In this document: one piece after another, positions 26,047 to 38,310 of the stretch
How positions within the stretch are numbered: the stretch's first letter is position 1
Layout of the letters: every line of letters begins with the position of its first letter
Origin: Leucoraja ocellata
Taxonomy: Eukaryota
Direction of reading: 5' to 3'
NCBI GenBank assembly: GCA_036785375.1
Contig: JAWMAR010000076.1
Location: 7,812,001 to 7,876,000, forward strand
Length of the DNA stretch: 64,000 nt
The notes under the pieces: model-generated
Told to the model about the DNA's origin: nothing
The model's database searches: none
What the model saw: only the letters and a program-made list of their open reading frames with translations
Program-made: the position numbers and the translations under genes

Positions 26047-28146
26047 AACCCCTTTTTCACGGGGCGACTTGACGCAAGAGTTAACCAAAGTTGAACATCG
26101 TGGGAACCTCTTGCGATAACCGTACGGCATTCGTGGACCACCGTGGACCACCGTGGCGCTAACGGCAGGTACTCGTGTAACTTGGTGACTCGGGAGAAAA
26201 TTCAAACAAGCTTGAATTTCTCCAAGAGTGACTTGTACACTTGTGGTTGAACATTGCAACATTATATGCAGGTAGTGGCCAGTGCGATATCCGTACTGAC
26301 TCTTGCGTGTACCGTGGGAACTCCTGCGAACGGTGAACCCGGAAGCTGGACAGAGGGGACAGAAGGTGAGTAAAAATTGTCTTCTGTGGGATTCAATTTA
26401 AAAAATAAAGATTTGCATCCGCATATGGACATCAACTTATTCATGAGTTATGTTAATGAGATTCAAGAAAATAACTATAATCTTTAAAAGGGACTTTACT
26501 GAAAGGTCCCGCATTTTTATGGTCCGTGAGAAATTTTTCACATGTACTTCTTTGAGAGATACAGCTCGGAGTCCTCACCGACCAGCGATCGATGCCTTTC
26601 CGAAGCAGGGTCCGGAACGCTACCAATCAATGTTCTCCAGATACCCGTGTAAAGGAGTGAACTGCACATGCTGGTTTAAAACGAAGACAGACACAAAAAG
26701 CTGGAGTAACTCAGCAAGTCAAGCAGCATCTCTGGAGAAAAATAGGTGATGTTTCGGGACGAGACACATCTTCAGACTCAATTCCGATTAGGATGTCTGA
26801 AGAAGGGTTCCGATTCGAATCGCCACCTATACTTTTTCTCCAGAGATGCTGCCTGACACGCTGACTTACTCCAGCTTTTTATGTTTTTCTTCCCAGATCT
26901 GACTTACCTGCTGAGTTACACCAACATTTTGTGTCCGTGTTCACTATGAACATTGAATTATTTAATTTTAGGTAACTTACACCCTCTCTCTCTCTCCCCC
27001 GCCCACCCCCTCCTGCCCCCCCCCCCCCCCCCCCCCCTCCCCCATGCAGTAAATGTCGGTTAACCAGTCCAAGGTTTGCAACGCTGGTTCCCTCTTGGGA
27101 TCACACTATCCCTAGCCAACAATTGGCATATCAGGGAACCAAATATAGACATAAAGTGCTGGAGTGACTCAGTGGGTCAGGCAGCATCTCTGGAGGAAAG
27201 GGTTAGGCGACATTTCGGGTCGGGATCCCTCTTCAAAATACCCTGCTGAGGTCATCTGTTGTTGGCCCTGATTTGTCCCGGTCTTTTCTTGCTTCCAGTT
27301 CCCCCCTACAATCATCCCGAAGAAGGGTCCCGACCAAAAATGGAATCTATTCCTTTTCTCCAGAGATGCTGCTTGGCCCGCTGAGTTACTCCAGCATTTT
27401 GTGTCTAACTTGCTGATTCAGACAGTTTTTGATTTACTCTGAAACACACGTTGGAAATTTAAACTTGGGCGCAACTAACATCGTCTTACCACCGTGGGAA
27501 CTCTTTAACTCAGCGGGAAGGCAGCAGTTAATTGTTGCTCCCTTCAGTTTCCCAGGGGGTCAGGACGGGACTGGAGTTGGGAGGGAAAGGTGGGGGAGTC
27601 GAGGGAGAGGAGGGGGAGACAGATGGGGGAGTCTTCATTTACTGGCGGCGGGTGTCTGTCACTGAAACAGGCAAGTGAGATTTCACATCCACCTTGTGTG
27701 TGCCTCTCTCTCTCTCCCTCCCTCCCTCTCACGCAGGCTGAGAGACTGCCTCTGTGAGTGTACGTCTATTTCTCCCCCTCTCCCACACACAGTAAAGAAC
27801 GAGTAACTCTGCTCACTCCATCTGTGTCTCCCACATACACAGTAAAACTCTGCTTTGTGTGTGTATATACCAATTCAACCAAGGGAGGATATTTATAGTG
27901 TGTGAAAAAAAAGTGACATCATTTGTGCCACGTGATGATTTAATTACACTTGACAGTTTACAATGTCATTCAAGATTTAACGGGAAAGCTCGGGAGACGG
28001 ACAAGTCACTCGCACAAATAACAGAAATGCCGAGTACCGTGGGAACTCTTTGTCTACCCCCCCATTATATCGTGTGATATCGTGCTAGACCACGCCCACT
28101 TCACTCTGGCTACATCTTGCGTCAAGTCGCCCCGTGAAAAAGGCCT
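26047..28146. mobile_element. Non-autonomous DNA transposon with ~28-bp TIRs (PIF/Harbinger-like, tentative)
   Basis: Left CCTTTTTCACGGGGCGACTTGACGCAAGA; right TCTTGCGTCAAGTCGCCCCGTGAAAAAGG. Nested hairpin elements inside. Confidence 0.75.
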
Positions 28147-30240
28147 ATTCGCCAAAAAGATATCGTGCGGAAACAGGCCCTTCGGCGTACCGAGTCTGCA
28201 CCGACCAGCAATCCCTACACATTAACTCTATCCTACACACACTAGGGACTTTTTACATTGATGCCAAGCTAATTATCTACAAACCTGTAGGTCTTTGGCG
28301 TATGGGAGCAAACCGAAGATCTCGGATGAAACCCACGCGGTCACGGGGAGAACGTACAAACTCCATACAGACAGCACCTGTAGGCGGGATTGAACCCAGG
28401 TCTCTGGCACTGTAAGGCAGCAACTCTACCGCTGCTCCCCCGTGCCACCCATATGATTATATTTGATTCTATTTCTAGTTATGTTCCTGTATTAGCACCT
28501 CACAATGAATGTGCCACCCTGTTATCAGTTCTAATGAGAGAGTCATTAGAAGAACAGAGGATGAAACATGAGCTAAGGTTCATTTATTTTTAACTAATTA
28601 CCGCGCATAACTCCACTATGTCCTGAGATTTGGGGTAATTAAGGAGGGAGAATAAATGCTGCCATTGCCGGTGACGGCCACGTCCTGGGGACGGATAAAT
28701 ATATTCAAATACACAATATTCAGAAAAACTCTATTAATCCCTTATTCGACCTTTTAGCTCACCAGGTGATCTTTGCTGTGGTCCCCATCCACTCTCTGGC
28801 CCTTGGTTCCCCGGTTACCTTTAAACTTATCTCTTCTGCCTCCAGTGCTCACTTAATCACTTACCAGCTTAACTATATGTACGAAGGAACTACAAATGCT
28901 GGTTTACTCCAAAGATAGACACAAAAAGCTGTAGTAACTCAATGGGTCAGGCAGCATCTCCAGTGAAAAAGAACAGGTGACGGTTCGGGTCGAGACCCTT
29001 GTTCAGACTGATAATCAGTGACGAGGGAAATGAGAGTTATAGAAGGTACATCGAACAAATGAATGAAAGATATGCAAAAAGCAACAATGATTATGGAAAG
29101 GTAGAGGTCACAATGGTCTATTGTTGGCTGTGGTGGAGCCGACAAAATCATTACTCTTTAATTTCTTTAGTTTGAAAGAGAATTTAAAATATATATGAGC
29201 ATTAACAAAGTGACCTCCAAGAGTCTGAAATATTTGCCAATCTATTTCCAACAAAACCCTGAGTGTGCCAGATTATTGGAGTTTTAATGTTTCAGATCCC
29301 AGCCTCACTCAGCAGGTCTAAACAATCCCTTCCCACCGTCCAGGGACACAAATAGCCTTTCCAGGTTAAGCAGTGAATGACTTGCACTTTTTCCAAACGG
29401 ATGTACTGCATTTGGTGTTCTCCGCGTGGTCTCTTCCACACGGAGGAAATTAACACAGTTGACACAAAGTGCTTTAGTAACTCAGCGGGTCAGGCAGCAT
29501 TTCTGGTGAAAAAAGATGGGTGACGTTTCAGGTCAGAACCGTTTTTCAGGCAATGTAACTGTGCAGCGTGTAAACATGGGTTCTAACCCGATACATCACC
29601 CATCCTTTTTATCCAGAGATGCTACCTGACCCGCTGAGTAACTCCAGCACTTTGTGCCTGTCATCGGCTTAAACCAGCATCTGCAGTTCCTTTCTACACA
29701 GATGGAGTGAATGCTTTGTGGAGTATTTACACTCCATCTACAGGAGTGACCTTGAGCTTCCTGGTGTCACCACTCCACTGCTACCCTGACCTCTCTATGT
29801 GTCACTTCTGCACTGTTACAACGGGACCCAATTGAAGCTTGCTCACATTTAATGATTTCTAAATTAATGCTTATTTGGTTCATTAGGAAGTATTCCAGTA
29901 ATTGGCCAGGTAAACTCACTCGCTTTTGAACACTCGGTGCTCCCCTTCCTTCCTTTATTACAGTACATTTATATCAGAATGGTCAATGAAGGTTAAAGGA
30001 ACAGGGTGCCTCTGGGGACTGTGTTTTATTCAGTGGCCATTTAGGTCAGCTGGTGGACTTGGGTTGAATAGCAATGTTAAATTCCTGTGTGTACCTTTTG
30101 CAGGATTCCGGGGAATGAGTGGGTTAGGATCAGTGGACCACTCTTTCAAAGAACTGACACAGAACGATGGGCCAAGTGGATTTCTTATGCACTGACATTA
30201 CTTTTCCCTGATGTTTTCCAATTATGTGATTTCTTTGCAG

Positions 30241-30375
30241 TTTCTCAAACAAAGGAGAATCAAGTTGTGATGACGTGCCTTCCCTGGATGATTCTGTCTT
30301 TGGTGCTGGGAGTTCTTGCTGTTACTGAAGCCATTTGCCTCATCAGATGCAGAGCTTCGGGAAGCCACCAATCCT
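30241..30375 (+). CDS. VJ-ITAM receptor gene 1, exon 3 (stalk and transmembrane)
   Basis: ttgcag|TT TCT...TCC T|gtatgt encodes (I)SQTKENQVVMTCLPWMILSLVLGVLAVTEAICLIRCRASGSHQS; phase 1-1. Confidence 0.85.
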
Positions 30376-30540
30376 GTATGTGTAACTAAATCATTCAGTC
30401 TGAACTGATTGCTGTGTGGTTAGTGAAATGGGAATGGCAGGTTCCGATTGTCAAAAAGCCGTCATTATACTATTGGACAGCAAAGTGGGATTCACAGCTC
30501 CGAGGCTGCTAATTGTGAGACCTTGTTCTCTATTTCACAG

Positions 30541-30614
30541 CCCAGTCTGGAGCGGATGATGATCAGACCCCAGGAGCAGATTATGAAAACAATTCCGTGG
30601 CAAGAAATGTCCCG
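30541..30614 (+). CDS. VJ-ITAM receptor gene 1, exon 4 (cytoplasmic, DYEN motif)
   Basis: tcacag|CC CAG...CCG|gtgagt encodes (S)QSGADDDQTPGADYENNSVARNVP; phase 1-0. Confidence 0.82.
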
Positions 30615-31094
30615 GTGAGTTCTGATGGTTTTCTGGGATATGCAGACCTGTGCTGGGATCCCTCTCCCTATGGTGTGCTATTAGTTTCCCATCAGGTATT
30701 TACTCCACTGGCTTTGTGGATCATTGAGTGTTTTGTTAATCATTGAGCGTTTTGATCATCATCGCAATGTCTTTATGATTTGTAAATGTACATGGTGCAT
30801 CTATCAATGGAGAGTGGGACATGCACTGCTCATGAGCAGGCTTGTGAGAACACACTACCAGGTCTAACAATCCACTGAAGGTTCAGCTTCAGCTGTTTAA
30901 CCTGAGAGGAGATCAACCTCTGGATCTCTCCTGCTTTTGTCTGCTCAGAACCATCCTTTCTGGCCAAACATTTGGCCATCAGCTCCACCATTAGCACAAC
31001 TACTTTAACTGTTGTCTGATAATGTCCATTTCATACTAATTGCAGTGTTTAACCACAGTAAAGGCAGGTTCTTGATTAATGGGTTTCAGAATCC

Positions 31095-31512
31095 TTTGTA
31101 CTCGCTAGAAGATTGAGGGGGGATCTTATAGAAACTTACAAAATTCTTAAGTGGTTGGACAGGCTAGATGCAGGAAATTTGTTCCTGATGTTGGGGAAGT
31201 CCAGAACAAGGGGTCACAGCTTAAGGATAAGGGGGAAGTCTTTTGGGATCGAGATGAGAAAAACCTTTTTCACACAGAGAGTGGTGAATCGGTGGAATTC
31301 TCTGCCACAGAAAGTACTTGAGGCCAGTTCATTGGCTATATTTAAGAGGGAGTTAGATGTGGCCCCTGTGGCTAAAGGGATCAAGGGGTATGGAGAGAAG
31401 GCAGATACAGGATACTGAGTTGGATGATCAGCCATGATCACATTGAATGGTGGTGCATGCTCGAAGGGCCGAATGGCCTACTCCTGCACCTATTTTCTAT
31501 GTATCTATGTTT
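31095..31512 (+). mobile_element. CR1 LINE 3' end (young)
   Basis: RGDLIETYKIL...RTRGHSL...FFTQRVVNRWNSLP...GY*, followed by 3' UTR and (TCTATG)-type tail. Confidence 0.85.
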
Positions 31513-32148
31513 CAAAAATCTCTCCCCATGATTTTGATGATAATCATTCTTAATACTTCATCTCCGCTGAAACTGCTGACTCCTGCGTGACATGGAGTGT
31601 GTGTGGTGTGTGTGTGTGTGCTTGTTGATTCCATTTCCATGGAGTGTGTGTCCCAGATTAGAGATTGCTGTCGTTTCAGTGTGCGGAAACATTATATTTT
31701 TCTTATGAGTGTAGTTCCAGCATCTCCCATCTTCGCACGGAAAATATTCAGTACTTGCTCTCCTGAACAATGAAGGGAGCTGCCAGGAATCCTGCTACAA
31801 CCTTTCAGACCCTCTGCTCCGATTTATTTCCTCTCTCCCTTCAGTTGCCCGACCACAGACTGACTAGGAGTTTCAGAGATGGAGAAACAAAGTCTGTTCT
31901 CAGGCTGCACAACACCCCCTGCCAATGGGGTTTGTGTGAAGTGCCCAGTATTCTGTTCCTTTCATCTTCCTGATCCTCTGTCAATTATTTCCAGTGACTG
32001 CAATATTTTGCTTAACTTGACAATAACCTCCACTTCCTTCTGTGCACTTAACACCTGACTTTGTAGTTTTCAATAACACGAGTGACTGCAGTGAATTCTG
32101 AAGCCAGCTTTTTGACCAAAGTAACTATTTGATTGTGTTGTGTTGTAG

Positions 32149-32190
32149 AACTCAGGAGATCACCAGGCAGATCCAAACGCCATCTACATG
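32149..32190 (+). CDS. VJ-ITAM receptor gene 1, exon 5 (first ITAM tyrosine)
   Basis: ttgtag|AAC...ATG|gtaaga encodes NSGDHQADPNAIYM; phase 0-0. Confidence 0.82.
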
Positions 32191-32280
32191 GTAAGAAAAG
32201 TCACATTTAAGACGTTGAAGCATTTCGATGAGCACGAGTTGCCAAGCTGCTGTTTCCAACATTTCTTTGTTTTCTGCTAG

Positions 32281-32323
32281 GATTTGCAAAGACCCACTCA
32301 GTCCGTCTACGGTCATCTCCGAG
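32281..32323 (+). CDS. VJ-ITAM receptor gene 1, exon 6 (rest of ITAM)
   Basis: tgctag|GAT...CGA G|gtacgt encodes DLQRPTQSVYGHLR. Read-through would end GTFQ* at 32337. Confidence 0.82.
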
Positions 32324-33060
32324 GTACGTTCCAGTAACTGTTGACAATGGCGCATCTGCACCATGTGATAACTGTCAACTGCTGCAGAATGGTTGAGGAT
32401 TCAGACAGGAATGACAAGCGTGGAGTTGGGCTGACAGGAGTTCAGTCTGACTACATGTTTGGTTCAGAGAGTAAATTAACACCCATCACCGAGTCGGAAA
32501 ATCTGACTTTGAACACACATCCTTGCAATCCTGGTAACACTGAGGTGAGAGGTGAGAAGTTTTTGATGGACCTTTAGAGGCAACTTTTTCATGCAGACAG
32601 TAGTCCATTTCCCAAATGAGTTGCCTGAGAAAGCTATAGAATCCGATACAATTACAACTTTCAAAGAACATTTGGACAGATATTTGAATAGGAAGGGTCA
32701 AGAGGGCCAAATACAGGTAAGTGGAATTAGCCCAGAATGATAACTTGATTAACACGGACAAGGTGGGCTTAAGGGCCTGTTTCCATGCTATATAGCTCTG
32801 TGACCAGGACTTTAAGATCCCATGGGGTTCAAAGTTATTCGAGAACAGAGATACATACCTGTGTTTAGACACTCAACGGAACAGTTCGGGCAATGTCTGG
32901 AACTGATTTGAACTCATGCATTGAAGCACAGAAAGTGCTGTATTATCACAAGGGGTCGGGCAGCATCTCTGGACAACATGAACACATGACCCTTCAGACT
33001 CATGCATTCTTCACCATTTTGCTTTGTGTAACTGGTTTCTGTTTAATTTTCTTTAAACAG

Positions 33061-33071
33061 GCAGCAAATAA
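33061..33071 (+). CDS. VJ-ITAM receptor gene 1, exon 7 (GSK*, then 3' UTR)
   Basis: Strong polypyrimidine acceptor ttttctttaaacag|GC AGC AAA TAA. Total CDS is 720 nt (239 aa plus stop). Confidence 0.65.
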
Positions 33072-33501
33072 GTGTCCCACAGCTGAATTGTCTCGGCGTC
33101 CTGTTTAATTGAAGGAAGATTGGATGATATCTGCACAGGCAGACACGTCGGACATGTAAAGATATAAGGCCAGAGGTTCCATTTGCTTTGTGCTTGACAC
33201 AAGAAATGTTTATTATAAGGAACTTTTGGGATATGTGCATCAAGAAAAAACATCCCTTTCCACACCATTGATAAAAGTATAGGGAAAATAAGTGACATCT
33301 ACATTGAAGCTGGTTGATTGGATGCCATGTATCAGCTAGTTAGTTGCTTACCAATGTATGATACGAATTTAAAGACTATCAAGTATATGGAGACTTTCCA
33401 ATGGTTGTATAGACTTCCGCAAGTTATTGTTTACTGCTTTAAAATATTGCATTGATTGTTCAAATTGTTCAACTGCCTGTATATAGATGTTGCTGCTTTC
33501 T

Positions 33502-33507
33502 AATAAA
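33502..33507 (+). terminator. Candidate polyadenylation signal of VJ-ITAM gene 1
   Basis: AATAAA about 430 nt after the stop, ending a repeat-free AT-rich stretch before repeats resume. Confidence 0.5.
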
Positions 33508-33959
33508 CATGCAGCTTAAACTGTGAAGCTATGTTTGAGATAATAGGAGAGGGCTGAGTGAAATGTTGCATTGTGGTCTCTCTTAAATATCGTCCCTCTC
33601 ACCTTAAGCCAATGTCCTCCAGTTTTACAATCTGTACCATGGGGAAATAAACTGTATGTTCACTTTATCCATGCCTCGTGTCATTTTACATACTTCAGAA
33701 AGATCACCCTTCAGCTTCCTATGCTCCAAAGGAAAAAGGTCGCAGACAATCCAGCTTCACTTTATAACTTAGACCTGCAAGGATCAGTAAAATCCTGGTG
33801 AATCTTCTGCACCTTCTCCAACGTAGTGACATCTTTCCAATAACTAGCGACTGAAACTGCACACAGTATTCCAAGTGTGGTCTCACCAATAACTTGTGCA
33901 GAAATATCATGATGCCCCAATTTTGGTATATGCTCAAGAGTACTTCTGTAATGGTCAAG

Positions 33960-35430
33960 AGTTCTAAGAAAAAGGCATTGGACAGGTATAGGCAACTGGG
34001 ATCAAGTGGTATCCCTGAAGGAGTTTCGGGAACTAAGCTAAAAAGGGAAATCAGAAGGGCAAAAAGGGGAGAGGAGATGGCTCTGGTAGATAACACTAAT
34101 GATAATCCCAAGAGATATTAAAAGCACGTACAAGGAAAAAGGGTAACCAGTGAAAATGTGGGACCCCTCAGGAATCAAAGTGGTCAATTCTGTGTGGAGC
34201 CACAGGAGATGGGCAAGGTCCTCAACAAGTGTTTTTACCGTGGAGAAAGACAGGAGAATGGGGGATCTTGGGGTAGTACTGGAAGTGGCTTGAGAGCAGT
34301 CAGTATTATGGTCGCAGACGTGCTGAAGTTACCTAAAGCGTATGAAGATAGACAAATTTCCCGGGCCTGATCAGTTATATCCTAGGGAAACGAGGAGCCC
34401 TTGCAGAGACTTATGAATCATTGTTAAATGCAGACGAGTTGCCGGAAGACAGGGAGGCAAATGTTGTGCCTCTATTCAAGAAGGGCTGCAGGGAAAAGGC
34501 TGGAAACTACAGGCAGTGAGCTTAACATTTGTGGTTGGAAATTTACTAGGGAGTATTCTGGGGGATACGATACGATATATATATCTGCACTTTGATGGAC
34601 AGGGGCTGATTAGTGATAACCAACATGGTTTTGTACATGGGAGGTCGTGTCGCTCAAATCTGTTTGAGTTATTTGAGGATGTGACCAAAAAGGTCGATGA
34701 AGGTAGAGCTGTGGACATTGGATATATGTATTTTAGTAAGTCATTTGAAAAGGTAGGATGCTCTAGAAAGTTAGATCTAATGGGATTCATGGAGATATCG
34801 ATGAATGGATAGAAAATTGACTTAATTGAAAGAAGCAGAGGGTGATGGTGGAGGGTTGGTTTTTCAGACTGGAGGCCTGTGACTGGTGGTGTGCCTCAGG
34901 GTTTAATGCTGGGCCCATTGCTGTTTGTCATCTGTATCAATAATTTGTATCAGAACGTGCATAGCATGGTTAGCTAGCTTGCAGATGACACTAAAGTGGG
35001 TGGTATTGTAGATAGTGAACATGGTTATCAAAAGTTGCAGCAGGATCTTGTTGATTGGGCAGGTGGGCTGAGCAATTGTTGATAGAATTTAATACAGATA
35101 AATGTGAGGTGTTGCATTTGGGAACACAAACATGGGCAGCATCTACACAGTAAATGGTAGAGCAGAGGGATTTAGGAGCACAGGTATATAGGTAATTGAA
35201 AGTGGCATTACAGGTAGATAGGATGGTCAAAAAGGCTTTTGGCACATTGGGCTTCATCAGTTAGAGCACTGTATAGAAGTTAGGAGGTCATGTTGTACAC
35301 GTTTAAGATGTTGGTGAGGCTGTATTTAGTGTATTTTGGGAAACATGTTATGGGAAAGATGTTATCAAGATGAAAAAGAGCACAGAGAAGATTTATGAGG
35401 TTTTTGCCAGGACTCAAAGATAGCTTGGGA
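33960..35430 (+). mobile_element. Degenerate CR1 LINE RT region
   Basis: NQHGFVHGRSC, VPQG-like, ADDTK and KCEVLH motifs across shifted frames. Confidence 0.8.
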
Positions 35431-36833
35431 CTACATCCTTAGCATAAAATTAATTTATTCTGGATCTCCCAACCTACTCACTGCGGTAGGTACCTTGTAC
35501 AATTTTATTTGAACTTTCTCTGTGTCTGTAACACTGTATTCTGTACGCTTGATATTTTTGCACTCCCTGTTGTACTTGTGCCTGGTGTGATTGTACTCAT
35601 GTGTGGTATGATTTGCATGGGTAGCACACTAAACAACGTATTTTCACTGTATCTCAGTACACGGATTAATAATAAACTAATTTCAATGCAAATGTGTGTC
35701 AGGCCAGGGGGATGGTGTCTGCCAAGGATCTGTTTTGTTGCTGGGTGAATTGTAATGGATTAAGGATGTCTTTGCCAGCAAACATCTTACTCCAATTAAC
35801 CTCTGCATGCTCTTTTCTAATACTGTTAAAATTAGCCTTCCCTAATTTAAAATTTAAATTGTGGACCAGTTCTGTTCTTTCCAATAAGTATTTTAAAATG
35901 GGGCACAGCGGTAGAGTTGCTGACTTAGAGCGTTTGCAGCGCTGGAAACCCTGGTTCATCCCGACCACAGGGTTGTACGTCCTCCCCGTGACCACGTGCG
36001 TTTTCTCCGAGATTTTCAGTTTCCTCCCACGCTCCAAAAACGTACAGGTTTGTAGGTTAATTGGCTTTGATTTACAGACTTGGTATATGTGTACATTGTC
36101 TCTAGTATGTGTAGGCTTGTGTTAATGTGCAGACTTGGTGGGCCAAAGGGCCTGTTTCTGCGCTGTATCTCTAAACTAAATCAAACTAAACTAATAGACC
36201 TCTGGGCATTGTTCCAAAGTGCTCCCTCACTGACCTCAGTCACTTGCCCTGCCCTATTTCCCAAGAGTAGGTTAAGCTCTGCCCTCTCCATAGCAAAGTC
36301 ATCTATTATGTGTGGTGAAACCATTCTGAACACACTGAACACATTCCATCCCATCTAAGCCTTTAACACTATTGCAGCCCAGCCTATATTAGGAAGGATA
36401 AAAGATCATACTTTGAATCGGGAAAAACTCAGGGCCAAAATGCTTCTATTGCAATTTCATCGGTAAGTGGAGAACCACTTAAAGTTACTTTGGAATTTGG
36501 GGCCAGGATATTGCCTCCAGCACCTTCAGGGTCAGCGTTCCTTGAGACACAGAGACGGACGGGCGAGGAGAGGGACTTTGGTCGGTGGGCCGACCTGTTC
36601 GAGGGCGCTGGAGAATCATTGAATAAAAATCATTGAACCATCCTCAACATTCACTCACTCCACCACAGGTACACAGTAGCAGCGGCTTGTAGCATCTTCA
36701 GGATACATTGCAGCAAGTTGTCTTCCAATCCACCCATCATACTGACCTGGAAACATATCGATGTTCCTTCACCGTTGCTGGTTCAATAACCTAGAACTCT
36801 CTCTCCCTCATAGCATTGTGGGTGTGCATTGAT

Positions 36834-37212
36834 AATGGGTGGAAATTCTGGGGAGATGTGCCCCCCACCTCCATGTTTTCTAGTATGTCGAAACATAATC
36901 TAGGCCTATTCTCCAGCCTCTTTACCCGTAAGGGCGGAAATCGCTTTTAAAACATGGGGGGACACAATTGCTTGGCAGCCCGATGACAAGTTTGCATGAC
37001 AACTAACAATTTTATCTCCTCCCATCAAAAGTTTCTTTATCTATGTTTTTGTTAGTTTGTGAAAAGTTTATGTGCATTGTTTTCCCTCTCTCTCACCTCC
37101 AAGGATAGTGCTTCTGTTTACCGTTATTTGCTTCAGTTTTATTCAGTGTTATTTATCATGTTGTAACTTTTGAAAGATTTAAACGGCTAACCTAGAGAGA
37201 GAGAGAGAGAGG

Positions 37213-37244
<32 letters not shown>

Positions 37245-38146
37245 AAACAACACACATAGACTTTTCACAAACTAACAAAAACATACATAAATAAACTTTT
37301 CATAAACTAACAAAAATAAATATAAACATACTTAATTTTTTTTAATTTCATATAACATCCCTAAATTGTGGGTAAAAATGACTGAATAACGTGTGCGAAT
37401 GAGGGGCTACCCCTGCAAACCATCTTGACCGCCGGGTCCCTTAATGATCCTCCAATATCCGTTTAAATCTTTCCCATCCACCAATACATCAAAAGTTCAC
37501 AATGGGTCTGAAGGAGGGTCGAGACCCGAAACATCCCATTTTCCTTCTCTACATAGATGCTGTCTCACCCGCTGTGTTCCTCCAGCATTTTTTGTCTGCT
37601 TCCAAAGCTCAAATAGTAATTATACCTGCATCAGACAGTTTTAAGAAATTCTCCCGTGAATTTTATTCAAAGGAATGCGTCAGGAATACTTGAAGGTCAA
37701 AACACAATTACATTTACTGATGAATGCATATCGATGTATTGGTTGGTGACACATCAAACTAACAGTGTTAATACGACAGTTAAAACATTGTTTTTGTCTC
37801 AGAGAAATAAAGTGATAAACGACTCCAATCGTTCTTCAGTACTCATTAAACCAGAGAACGTTTTATTAATGTAAAATTCCAAGGCGGTTTTGGTTTTGCT
37901 GCAATCTATTTGGTGTATTGTATGAGGAATGGATGAGCGTTTATCATTACCAAAGGATAACATTTAATTGTTTTCAGATTCTGAGCCAGCTGACCATGCA
38001 TGCGGCCGCAACTCCGCAGCGCGCGGTCGGATGGGAATTGATTGCAAAATACGTTTCACAAAACATGGGGGGGATTGTCCCCCACCTCTCAAAACATGGA
38101 GGGGACATGTCCCCCCCTGTCGCCCACCCTGGGATTTCCGTCCATG
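36834..38146. mobile_element. Non-autonomous hAT-like element with degenerate TIRs
   Basis: Left ATGGGTGGAAATTCTGGGG; right CCCTGGGATTTCCGTCCATG. Subterminal AAAACATGGGGG/TGTCCCCC repeats. Internal inverted repeat ~37030-37070 / 37250-37300. Confidence 0.55.
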
Positions 38147-38241
38147 CCTCCCGCCCACCACGGAAGGAAGCTAGCACTACACTCTTCCCAATTACGGCTA
38201 ACTGTAATTACCGTATCATGCGTACGTACGTATGCGTTCAT

Positions 38242-38310
38242 CAGGGGTCTCCAAACTATGGCCTGTGGGCCACATATGGCCCACCGTGAGATTTTATCCG
38301 GCCCGCAACA
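38242..38310 (+). mobile_element. hAT-Charlie-type terminal fragment
   Basis: CAGGGGTCTCCAAACTATGGCCTGTGGGCC...TTTATCCGGCCCGC, a typical Charlie end. Confidence 0.55.

Noticed and set aside
29296-29315. Possible mini hinge exon ATCCCAGCCTCACTCAGCAG
   Set aside because: 20 nt would shift the frame, the donor (gtctaa) is weak, and it abuts a Penelope fragment.
25113-33071. CD8A/CD8B or CD79A/B assignment
   Set aside because: No Pro/Thr-rich hinge as in CD8, which also lacks an ITAM. The TM does not resemble CD79a/b. Orthology cannot be settled without searches, so no symbol is given.
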